From Tissierellia bacterium (GTDB lineage: Bacteria > Bacillota > Clostridia > Tissierellales > Dethiosulfatibacteraceae), in contig SKID01000296.1 in assembly GCA_007116605.1 (NCBI GenBank), positions 1-24,798 on the forward strand: a stretch of DNA of 24,798 nt. The letters run 5' to 3'. Within the stretch, counting starts at the first letter, position 1; each line of letters starts with the position of its first letter. The notes below the pieces were generated by a model. The model was not told the DNA's origin. It worked only from the letters and a program-made list of their open reading frames with translations, and did not search any database. Below are positions 9,528 to 16,976 of this stretch, one piece after another. The position numbers and the translations under genes were made by a program.

Positions 9528-10715
9528 CTATATAATACCTTTTTTTATTAATTCTTCTATTTGCTTTTGATTAAAGTTTAAATAATCTTTCAAAACCGTA
9601 TTTGTGTCTTGTCCTAATTTGGGTGCCTTAACATTAATATCTAAGGGATCTTCTTTATATCTGATGGGTGTATTTGGAACTTTGAGGATGTTTGTGCCAT
9701 TCATGTAGGGTGTATCCACAATGGTTTTTCGATACTTCACTTGTTCATTGTCCAATAACTCATCAATACTATGAATTGGGCTGTTGGCAATCTTATTTTC
9801 GTCTAGCAAAATTTGCCATTCTCGTGTCGTGTTTTGAATAAAAACTTTATTGAGCAATGGTTTTAGTTCATGATAATAATGCAATCTTTTTTTGTTTGTA
9901 CTAAAGCGGTAATCGTTAATCCATTCATGCTTATTAATTAATTTGCAAAAAGATACCCACATACGATTGTTACCAATAGCCACCATAATTTCACCGTCTC
10001 TTGTCATAAAAGTCTCAAAGGGAGTAATGGATGGATGTTGATTTCCCATTTTTTCTGGCTTTTCTCCTGTTAAACTGTAACGCATGATTGGGTTTTCTAA
10101 TATCGAAACTTGACTATCCAAAATTGAGATGTCCACCATTTTACCTTGTTGTGTCTTTTCTCTTTGGTGCAAAGCGCCTAAAATCCCAATAACACCGTAC
10201 AAAGCTGCTGTCATATCCCCTATAGGAGCACCTACTCTAATTGGATTACCTGTGGCTTCTCCTGTCACACTCATCATACCACTCATGGCTTGAATCACTG
10301 CATCATAAGCCGGTTTCTTTTTATATGGACCTTCTTGGCCATAGCCCGTAATGCCACAGTAAATAATTTTTTCATTGATTAATTTCAAATGTTCATAACC
10401 CACTCCTAAGTGATTCAATACATCAGGCTTATAATTATCAATCACGATATCCGCTAATTTTACTAGTTTTTTTAAAACTTCTACACCTTCGTGTTGTCTT
10501 AAATCCAAAGTCACACTTTTTTTGTTTCTATTGACACTAATAAAGTAAGCGCTTTCTTCATTGATAAATGGACCAAAAGCTCTTGAATCATCACCCACTT
10601 CTGGTAATTCGATTTTTATTATTTCAGCACCCATGTCTCCTAGAATCATGCCACAATAAGGTCCTGATAAGCCTTGGGTAATCTCTATCACTCGTATATC
10701 TTTTAAAACAGCCAT
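9528..10715 (-). CDS. Family III CoA-transferase (CaiB/BaiF), ~395 aa
   Basis: LKDIRVIEI...GPYCGMILGDMGAEIIKIE, NRNKKSVTLDL, DIVIDNY, catalytic Asp in PIGDMTAA, APKLGQDT and terminal GII. Start moved from 10790 to ATG 10715, after SD GGGAGG. Ends in TAG. Confidence 0.93.
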   Translation of the reverse strand: MAVLKDIRVIEITQGLSGPYCGMILGDMGAEIIKIELPEVGDDSRAFGPFINEESAYFISVNRNKKSVTLDLRQHEGVEVLKKLVKLADIVIDNYKPDVLNHLGVGYEHLKLINEKIIYCGITGYGQEGPYKKKPAYDAVIQAMSGMMSVTGEATGNPIRVGAPIGDMTAALYGVIGILGALHQREKTQQGKMVDISILDSQVSILENPIMRYSLTGEKPEKMGNQHPSITPFETFMTRDGEIMVAIGNNRMWVSFCKLINKHEWINDYRFSTNKKRLHYYHELKPLLNKVFIQNTTREWQILLDENKIANSPIHSIDELLDNEQVKYRKTIVDTPYMNGTNILKVPNTPIRYKEDPLDINVKAPKLGQDTNTVLKDYLNFNQKQIEELIKKGII

Positions 10716-10727
10716 AAATATCCTCCC

Positions 10728-10771
10728 AAAAAACAAAAACAAGAAAACGGTTAACCATTCGCTTGTTTCTT
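10728..10771 (-). terminator. Intrinsic terminator/attenuator in the 5' leader of the CoA-transferase gene
   Basis: mRNA AAGAAACAAGCGAAUGG-UUAA-CCGUUUUCUUGUUUUU forms a ~16-bp stem with one mismatch and G-U pairs. It is followed by GUUUUUU and then directly by the SD GGGAGG. Confidence 0.75.
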
Positions 10772-10864
10772 CTCTCTTTATTCTATGCAAGCATCGTCAC
10801 ATTAAATTTCTATATCAACTAAAAATACGGGTGGTCCCTGTAAACTCTATTCTCTTTCTCTCTA
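10769..10864 (-). promoter_or_regulatory. Candidate HutP-type RNA binding sites (NAG arrays) in the leader
   Basis: UAG-AAUA-AAG-AGAG-AAG (10785-10769; 4-nt spacers, last triplet inside the terminator stem), UAG-AGAGA-AAG-AGAA-UAG (10864-10847) and UAG-UUGAUA-UAG between them. The hutP-like gene is immediately upstream. Confidence 0.55.
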
Positions 10865-10885
10865 TATGCACAGTTTCCACTTCTA

Positions 10886-10914
10886 AAACTAGCACATTGT
10901 TACTAAAATGTCAA
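10886..10914 (-). promoter_or_regulatory. Strong sigmaA promoter driving the attenuated leader
   Basis: Perfect TTGACA (10914-10909), 17-nt spacer, extended -10 TGc-TAGTTT (10891-10886). Confidence 0.7.
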
Positions 10915-10917
10915 TGG

Positions 10918-11364
10918 TTAAATGTTAACATATCCCATGCCTAGGCGGCTATGATTTGATAAAACATGAAATGCTGAATTACCATACATAGAAACCGCTA
11001 TCCAGTGTTGACTACTGACTATCGCCATTTTGATATGTAAATTAGCATCTAAAGGCATATCTAACATCAGTCCTCTTGCTGCTTCCTGAGCAGCATGGAT
11101 TAGACCATGTATTTGATGTGGAGTTTTATTGATGACTTCAAGATTTAGTGCAGCTCCTACGCATGAGTTAATAATCTTCTTTTTTAATTCACGCCCGGAG
11201 CCTGCAACTTCTGTAACAACCACTCTATGATTTGTTTCTTCCATAAATGCTTTTGCAATGGTTTCATTTGATTTACTTTCAAGCATAGAAATAAAAACTG
11301 CTGCTTTCCCAATATCTATTTGCCCATCTTTACTAATCATTTCTCTGATAAAGTCTTTATTCAT
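10918..11364 (-). CDS. hutP: HutP-family RNA-binding transcriptional antiterminator, 148 aa
   Basis: IHGLIHAAQEAARG and WIAVSMYG...NHSRLGMGYVNI align by eye to B. subtilis HutP (SHALYHATMEALHG; WIAVSLYG...EHETFGVGINHI). Same length. Family-level call only: no hut catabolic genes are in the window. Confidence 0.85.
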   Translation of the reverse strand: MNKDFIREMISKDGQIDIGKAAVFISMLESKSNETIAKAFMEETNHRVVVTEVAGSGRELKKKIINSCVGAALNLEVINKTPHQIHGLIHAAQEAARGLMLDMPLDANLHIKMAIVSSQHWIAVSMYGNSAFHVLSNHSRLGMGYVNI

Positions 11365-11398
11365 GCTTTTCTCCTGTTAATCCATAAACATTCTATCC

Positions 11399-11803
11399 TT
11401 AAAACTTAAGTAGTTTTGACAACCCATAACTGATACTTGCTACAGAACCTCCTAATAATGTTCCCCAAGCAATATCCATAATCGTCACTTTTAATGACCA
11501 ATCTTTCAAAGTCGCTAAATTTGTTAGATCGTATGTCATGTAAGTAAAAAAACCAAATATCAATCCCATTCTTAATGCATATAAAAAACCTTGACCTCTT
11601 AATGCAGGGTTGACTGCCAGATACACGATGCCTAAAATATATAACAAATAAAATAAACCTGCTGCTAACCAATTAACTTTATCCGCCATCAGATGACCAA
11701 TGTTTTGTCGATATATGTTTTTAGCAACCACTCCCAGCCACACAATATCAATCGCAAAAAAAACAACCAATGTTACCAGATAGACTTTACCAAACTGTAC
11801 CAT
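11399..11803 (-). CDS. DUF2177-family integral membrane protein
   Basis: Several hydrophobic helices with IDIVWLG, YMTYDLTNLATLKDW and DIAWGTLL motifs typical of this family. SD AGGAGG. Confidence 0.75.
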   Translation of the reverse strand: MVQFGKVYLVTLVVFFAIDIVWLGVVAKNIYRQNIGHLMADKVNWLAAGLFYLLYILGIVYLAVNPALRGQGFLYALRMGLIFGFFTYMTYDLTNLATLKDWSLKVTIMDIAWGTLLGGSVASISYGLSKLLKF

Positions 11804-11931
11804 AAATCCTCCTTTAATTTACCAAATATACGCCGAGCTTACTCAGGGTTAAAATCCCACCTGAACCTAAAAACATTGTCTTTCCCGAAAAAATTTGTAA
11901 ACAATCCAAGAAAGACTCATGCTAGAGAAGA

Positions 11932-12834
11932 TTAGCCTTGTATCATGTTTTTAATGATCTCTTTACACGATAAGATTGACTTAATGGGGTCTAAACTCTG
12001 ACCAATTTGAATAAAACCATTTTCCACATCACCATCACAAACTGCTTTCGCATATACCCCTTTCATTCTACCTGACAAACTACTTCTCGGAGCATCACTA
12101 AACTCAATCTTTAAATACTCATCTGTAAAACGACTACGAATGCCCCTGACATCATGCCTAATCGTATGCCCTAATACCACCGAATCTAAATCTGTAGCTT
12201 CTACTACCTTCAATTTAGCATTGACATGGGCTGGACACTCTTCAGATACAAAAAAGCGACTGCCCATTTGAACCCCTGAAGCTCCCATAGCTAGTGCTGC
12301 TTTAAGGCCTCTGTTATCTACTATACCACCGGCAGCTATCACTGGAATGGCTACATTAGGAATAATATTTGTCATCAACGCCATCAAGGTCACTCTGCCA
12401 ATATGTCCTCCCGCTTCTAGTCCTTCTATTACAATCCCATCTGCACCCGCTGCTTCTACTTTTTTGGCTTGTTTTAAATTTGCTACAACAGGGATGGCAA
12501 TAATTCCAGCTTTTTTTATTTTCTCTATATATGGAACAGGATTACCCGCTCCAAATGTTACAAATTTAGGCTTTAATTGGCAAACCGCATCGATGATTGC
12601 TTCTTTTTGCTCTGCCATCAAAACAATGTTAGCACCAAAAGGCTTTTTCGTCATGCTTTTAGCTTTTGTCACTTCATCTATAACCCATTGGACATCATGT
12701 CCTCCAGCACCGATAATACCTGCACCACCAGCTTCACTTACCGCTACTGCTAACGTACTATTTGAAACCACTGCCATTGCACCTTGTATAATTGGATACT
12801 CTATTCCTAGTAAATCTGTCAATTTTGTTTTCAT
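11932..12834 (-). CDS. fabK: FMN-dependent FabK / nitronate-monooxygenase family oxidoreductase (probable enoyl-ACP reductase II)
   Basis: TDLLGIEYPIIQGAM, EGLEAGGHIG and IAAGGI...GASGVQMGSRF. The family is clear but the exact function is not. Confidence 0.65.
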   Translation of the reverse strand: MKTKLTDLLGIEYPIIQGAMAVVSNSTLAVAVSEAGGAGIIGAGGHDVQWVIDEVTKAKSMTKKPFGANIVLMAEQKEAIIDAVCQLKPKFVTFGAGNPVPYIEKIKKAGIIAIPVVANLKQAKKVEAAGADGIVIEGLEAGGHIGRVTLMALMTNIIPNVAIPVIAAGGIVDNRGLKAALAMGASGVQMGSRFFVSEECPAHVNAKLKVVEATDLDSVVLGHTIRHDVRGIRSRFTDEYLKIEFSDAPRSSLSGRMKGVYAKAVCDGDVENGFIQIGQSLDPIKSILSCKEIIKNMIQG

Positions 12835-12861
12835 AATTTAAATGCCTCCCTTTAATCATTT

Positions 12862-14322
12862 TTATTGATGCATGCGATATTTATCAATTAAGTTTTGCTT
12901 CTCAACCCATAACTCATATGATAAGTTGACAAAATACCGGTCCGGACTCTCAAACCTTAATAGATCATCCCAAAGTTTTGCCATTTCAACTTTTAAATTC
13001 TCTCTGATTTCTTCTAAAGTTGGAAGCTTAGCAACGAGAACCCCATTTTCAACCATTTTCTTCTGAAGTTTTTTTGCTGTGAAATTCTTTGCTTCTTTTG
13101 ATTTCCATGGACTAATTGGATCAAACAACTTATAGGGCTCTTTAACCTCTTCATTTTTAAAAGTGATTAAATCTGCAAATGCGTTCCCATTATTATTGTC
13201 ATAAAGTCTCCACACTTCTTTAAAGCCCGGGTTTGTAATTTTATCTGCTTCTTCGCTCAATTTTATCCTTGACATTTTTTTGCCATTATTTTCTAAAGCT
13301 ACGAGTTTATACACACCACCAAAAACAGCTTCCGATCTAGCAGTAATCATTCTTTCTCCTACGCCATAAAAATTGATAGGCGCTTTCTGTATTTCAAGTT
13401 CCCGAATACGATACTCATCCAATGCATTGGATACTGTTATGGTCGTATCTTGAAAACCAGAATCATCAAGCATTTTGCGCGCCCGTCTTGACAAATAACC
13501 TAAATCTCCACTATCAATCCGTATACCTTTTTTGCTCCCTAGTTGCATGTTTTTAAAGACCTCTATTGCTTGAGGAACACCCGATTTTAATACATTGTAA
13601 GTATCTACTAATAAAGTGACTTGCTTTGGATAAGCTTTAACATAAGCATCAAATGCTAGTCGATCGCTATCAAAAAATTGAATCCAACTGTGGGCCATTG
13701 TACCGATAGCAGGTATATTAAACATTTTAGATGCTAACACATTAGATGTTCCAAAGCATCCACCAATATAGCAAGCTCTGGCACCAAAATTAGCTGCATC
13801 AGCACCATGGGCTCTTCTTGCTCCAAAATCCACTACAGGCTTTCCGTTAGCTGCTCTTACAATACGATTTGCTTTAGTCGCAATTAAACTTTGATGATTC
13901 AGTGTTAGCAAAAGCATCGTTTCGATTAATTGCGCTTCTAGCAAAGGAGCACGCACTGTTACTATAGGCGTATTCGGAAATACAGGAGTCCCCTCTGGTA
14001 TAGCCCAAATATCACCACTAAATCTAAAATCCTTTAAATATTCAATAAACTCACTTGTAAACAGATTCATACTTCGTATGAAATCCAAATCGTCTTTAGT
14101 AAATTGTAAATTTAAGACATAATCAAGAAATTGTTCTAAGCCTGCAGTAATGGCAAATCCTCCATGATCAGGTACTCTTCTAAAGAAATAATCAAAATAC
14201 ACCCAGTAGTGATCAACTTCATTAACTAAATAGCCATTTGTCATCGTTAACTCATATAAGTCAACCAACATACCCAAGTTCTTTTCATTTTTCCAGTTTA
14301 GTTTCATCCCATCATCCCTCAT
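12862..14322 (-). CDS. pncB: Nicotinate phosphoribosyltransferase (true start may be ATG 14307)
   Basis: DLYELTM, DFGARRAHG, phospho-His motif GTMAHSWI, LLVDTY, GIRIDSGD and GGVYKLV. Confidence 0.93.
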   Translation of the reverse strand: MRDDGMKLNWKNEKNLGMLVDLYELTMTNGYLVNEVDHYWVYFDYFFRRVPDHGGFAITAGLEQFLDYVLNLQFTKDDLDFIRSMNLFTSEFIEYLKDFRFSGDIWAIPEGTPVFPNTPIVTVRAPLLEAQLIETMLLLTLNHQSLIATKANRIVRAANGKPVVDFGARRAHGADAANFGARACYIGGCFGTSNVLASKMFNIPAIGTMAHSWIQFFDSDRLAFDAYVKAYPKQVTLLVDTYNVLKSGVPQAIEVFKNMQLGSKKGIRIDSGDLGYLSRRARKMLDDSGFQDTTITVSNALDEYRIRELEIQKAPINFYGVGERMITARSEAVFGGVYKLVALENNGKKMSRIKLSEEADKITNPGFKEVWRLYDNNNGNAFADLITFKNEEVKEPYKLFDPISPWKSKEAKNFTAKKLQKKMVENGVLVAKLPTLEEIRENLKVEMAKLWDDLLRFESPDRYFVNLSYELWVEKQNLIDKYRMHQ

Positions 14323-14336
14323 GATTACTTTTTATC

Positions 14337-14365
14337 ATTTTATCACATGCCCAACATCTCAACAA
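14337..14365 (-). promoter_or_regulatory. Putative sigmaA promoter of pncB-fabK
   Basis: TTGTTG (14365-14360), 17-nt spacer, extended -10 TGa-TAAAAT (14342-14337). Confidence 0.45.
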
Positions 14366-14514
14366 GTGAGTAATACTTATTTCCGACGATGTACTGATTG
14401 ATTAATCCTTTACTGAATTAAACTATCCAATACAATGAAAGAACTACCTTTATTTAATCTAATTCACTTGATAAATGAGTTTCAAACCTGATGACTGGCC
14501 ATTATCCTATCTTT

Positions 14515-14558
14515 AAAACAAAAAAGCGTTATCATTAATTGAATAATCACAACGCTTT
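14515..14558 (-). terminator. Intrinsic terminator downstream of hcp
   Basis: AAAGCGTT-GTGATTA-loop-TAATGAT-AACGCTTT followed by TTTGTTTT on the minus strand. Confidence 0.75.
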
Positions 14559-14577
14559 AAATGGGTTATAGTAGTTT

Positions 14578-16230
14578 TTATGCTCCTAAGAATTGTACTA
14601 AGTCTTCATCAACTGTTTGAATACCATTGATACCAAAGTTTTCTACTAAAACTTTTGCTACATTCGCAGATAAAAACGCTGGCAAAGTAGGTCCAAGCTT
14701 GATGTTTTTTACACCCAAGAACAGCAAGGCAAGCAAAACAATGACCGCTTTTTGCTCATACCATGCAATATTATATGATATAGGCAATTCGTTAATGTCA
14801 TTTAGCTCAAACACCTCTTTTAATTTGAGAGCGATAACAGCTAGTGAGTACGAGTCATTACATTGTCCTGCATCTAATACTCTCGGTATCCCTCCGATAT
14901 CTCCTAAATTTAACTTATTATATCGATACTTAGCACAGCCAGCTGTTAAAATAACTGTATCTTTAGGTAATGCTTCAGCAAACTCTGAATAATATTCTCT
15001 AGACTTCATCCGACCATCACATCCAGCCATAACAAAGAATTGGCCAATAGCACCGCTTTTCACTGCATCTACGACTTTATCTGCCAAAGCCATGACCTGA
15101 TTATGTGCAAAACCACCTACAATTTTTCCCGTCTCAATCTCGGTCGGTGAAGGTAATCGCTTAGCATGTTCAATCACTTTTGAAAAGTCTTTTGCCTTAC
15201 CCTCTTCTCTTGCTGGAATATGAGGAAACCCTTCATAGCCAGCAGCACCAGTGGTATAAACCCTATCTGAATAGCTTGCTTTAGGTGGCACAATACAATT
15301 TGTTGTAAATAACACTGGACCATTGAAGCTTTCAAACTCTTCTTTTTGCTTCCACCACGCATTTCCATAATTACCAACAAAGTGATCATATTGTTTAAAC
15401 TTTGGATAATAATTTGCTGGAAGCATTTCACTATGGGTATAGACATCCACGCCTGTTCCTTTAGTTTGCTCTAATAATTCTTCCATGTCTTTTAGATCAT
15501 GTCCACTGATTAAAATAGCCGGATTATTTCTGACACCAATATTAACCTCTGTTATTTCTGGATGTCCATAGGTATTCGTATTTGCCTGGTCCAATAATGC
15601 CATCACCTTAACGCCATACTCACCAGTTTTTAGTGTCCATGCAACTAATTCGTCCACACTAAGGGCATCATTTATTGTTGCAAGCAAGGCTTTTTCGATA
15701 AAATCAATAATGCCGTCATCATTAAAACCTAGATTCAAAGCATGCTCACCATATGCTGCCATTCCTTTTAAACCATAAGTGATTAATTGTCGTAAACTTC
15801 TTATATCTTCATTGTCAGTAGCCAAAACTCCCACATCAACAGCTTGAGATTTCTGCTCAAATTGAAATCGGGGCTCCATCCATGTAGCACTATCATGGTA
15901 TCCTTTAATTGTTAAAACATTTTTTGCTTCAAGTTTACCTTTAATGATTTCTCTTTGTTCAAGAGCTTTCTCAATTTTTTCTATAATTGCTTCAGCATCA
16001 AAATTAGCGTTTGTAATGGTTGTAAATAAACCATCTAATAATAATTGATCCGTCCTTGAGTCATTTAATCCTTCCTGACGTGCCTGCTGATTAAACTCTG
16101 CTACACCTTTTAATGTGTAAATTAATAAATCTTGCAAATTTGCAACATCATCTTTTTTCCCACAAACTCCTATTTTAGTACAGCCTTTACCACCCGCTGC
16201 CTCTTGACATTGATAACAAAACATACTCAT
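14578..16230 (-). CDS. hcp: Hybrid cluster protein (hydroxylamine / NO reductase)
   Basis: N-terminal MFCYQCQE...[46 protein letters not shown] and [11 protein letters not shown]. Confidence 0.97.
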   Translation of the reverse strand: MSMFCYQCQEAAGGKGCTKIGVCGKKDDVANLQDLLIYTLKGVAEFNQQARQEGLNDSRTDQLLLDGLFTTITNANFDAEAIIEKIEKALEQREIIKGKLEAKNVLTIKGYHDSATWMEPRFQFEQKSQAVDVGVLATDNEDIRSLRQLITYGLKGMAAYGEHALNLGFNDDGIIDFIEKALLATINDALSVDELVAWTLKTGEYGVKVMALLDQANTNTYGHPEITEVNIGVRNNPAILISGHDLKDMEELLEQTKGTGVDVYTHSEMLPANYYPKFKQYDHFVGNYGNAWWKQKEEFESFNGPVLFTTNCIVPPKASYSDRVYTTGAAGYEGFPHIPAREEGKAKDFSKVIEHAKRLPSPTEIETGKIVGGFAHNQVMALADKVVDAVKSGAIGQFFVMAGCDGRMKSREYYSEFAEALPKDTVILTAGCAKYRYNKLNLGDIGGIPRVLDAGQCNDSYSLAVIALKLKEVFELNDINELPISYNIAWYEQKAVIVLLALLFLGVKNIKLGPTLPAFLSANVAKVLVENFGINGIQTVDEDLVQFLGA

Positions 16231-16264
16231 TAAATAACCTCCTATAGACTAAGTTCTTATGTTC

Positions 16265-16307
16265 ATTATAGATCAGTCTATAGAAAATATTGTAACATTG
16301 GTTACCA
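16265..16307 (-). promoter_or_regulatory. hcp promoter: TATAAT with no usable -35, plus a Crp/Fnr-family (HcpR-type) palindrome centred near -41
   Basis: -10 TATAAT at 16270-16265. Palindrome tgGTAAC-caat-GTTACaa at 16307-16290, in the class II activator position. Confidence 0.65.
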
Positions 16308-16355
16308 TAATGCGGTTTTTTCTATTAACAGGTCTCTAACATTCGGATGGCATTT

Positions 16356-16387
16356 AAAAAGCCACTTGATAGGATAAATCAAGTGGC
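16356..16387 (-). terminator. Intrinsic terminator after the ferritin-like gene
   Basis: Perfect 10-bp stem GCCACTTGAT/ATCAAGTGGC, 7-nt loop, followed by TTTTT on the minus strand. Confidence 0.88.
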
Positions 16388-16400
16388 CTTGTTGTGTGCT

Positions 16401-16913
16401 TTATAGTCTTAGTTTTTTAATATCTTCTTTGAGTCGCTCTAAATCAGCTAAAAAGTCTTCAATATCATGTTCATGCTCCAACTCATCATTTAATATGGTA
16501 ATCGCCATTTGATAAGTGGCATGATCTTTGCCATCTGTGTAATCTGCTATTTCTTGATATCGCTCAATAGCACAACGTTCCCCATTAAGATTTTGTTTTA
16601 ATATTTCTTCTACATATGGATCTGTAGGCTCTTCATAATCACATCTAGCAAATTTTGTCCATTGATCAGGATTTAACAAAGGCGTTCCACCTAATTGTAT
16701 GATTCGATCAGCTACTAACTCAGCATGACCTAACTCTTCAGTTGCATGCAAAAGCAATTCTGGTTCAATTTCACTTCTCATAGGTCCTTCAAGCATTCTT
16801 GCACCTATCCAATATTGGTAATAGGCTAACCATTCTTCTGCTAAAGCCTCGTTTAACATTTGAATTAACTTATCCACATCTAATTTTGCAATATCTACTG
16901 CTTTTTGTCCCAT
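16401..16913 (-). CDS. Ferritin-like DPS-like (DpsL / bacterioferritin-related) protein, ~170 aa
   Basis: EEWLAYYQYW, EELGHA, ERCAI and DELEHE di-iron motifs. Start moved from 16943 to ATG 16913, after SD AGGAGG. Confidence 0.85.
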   Translation of the reverse strand: MGQKAVDIAKLDVDKLIQMLNEALAEEWLAYYQYWIGARMLEGPMRSEIEPELLLHATEELGHAELVADRIIQLGGTPLLNPDQWTKFARCDYEEPTDPYVEEILKQNLNGERCAIERYQEIADYTDGKDHATYQMAITILNDELEHEHDIEDFLADLERLKEDIKKLRL

Positions 16914-16947
16914 AAAAAACCTCCTATGCTTTATTTGTTGCATCTAT

Positions 16948-16976
16948 ATTATATACTTGTTCACCATTTAATTCAA
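16948..16976 (-). promoter_or_regulatory. Putative sigmaA promoter of the dpsL-like gene
   Basis: TTGAAT (16976-16971, inside the last codons of the regulator gene), 17-nt spacer, TATAAT (16953-16948). Confidence 0.6.

Noticed and set aside
9528-9530. Complete reassignment of TAG to a sense codon
   Set aside because: The CoA-transferase ends at the family-typical GII followed by TAG, so TAG appears to work as a stop here. Only partial or context-dependent readthrough remains plausible.
14323-14514. NiaR/NrtR operator or NAD riboswitch upstream of pncB (weak dyad CTCA-N5-TGAG near the -35)
   Set aside because: The dyad is short and I could not match it convincingly to known motifs. No riboswitch fold was recognisable. 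An Infernal/RegPrecise scan would be needed.
16940-16965. PerR/Fur box upstream of the dpsL-like gene
   Set aside because: Only the TATAAT half is present. The second half of TTATAAT-n-ATTATAA is not supported.
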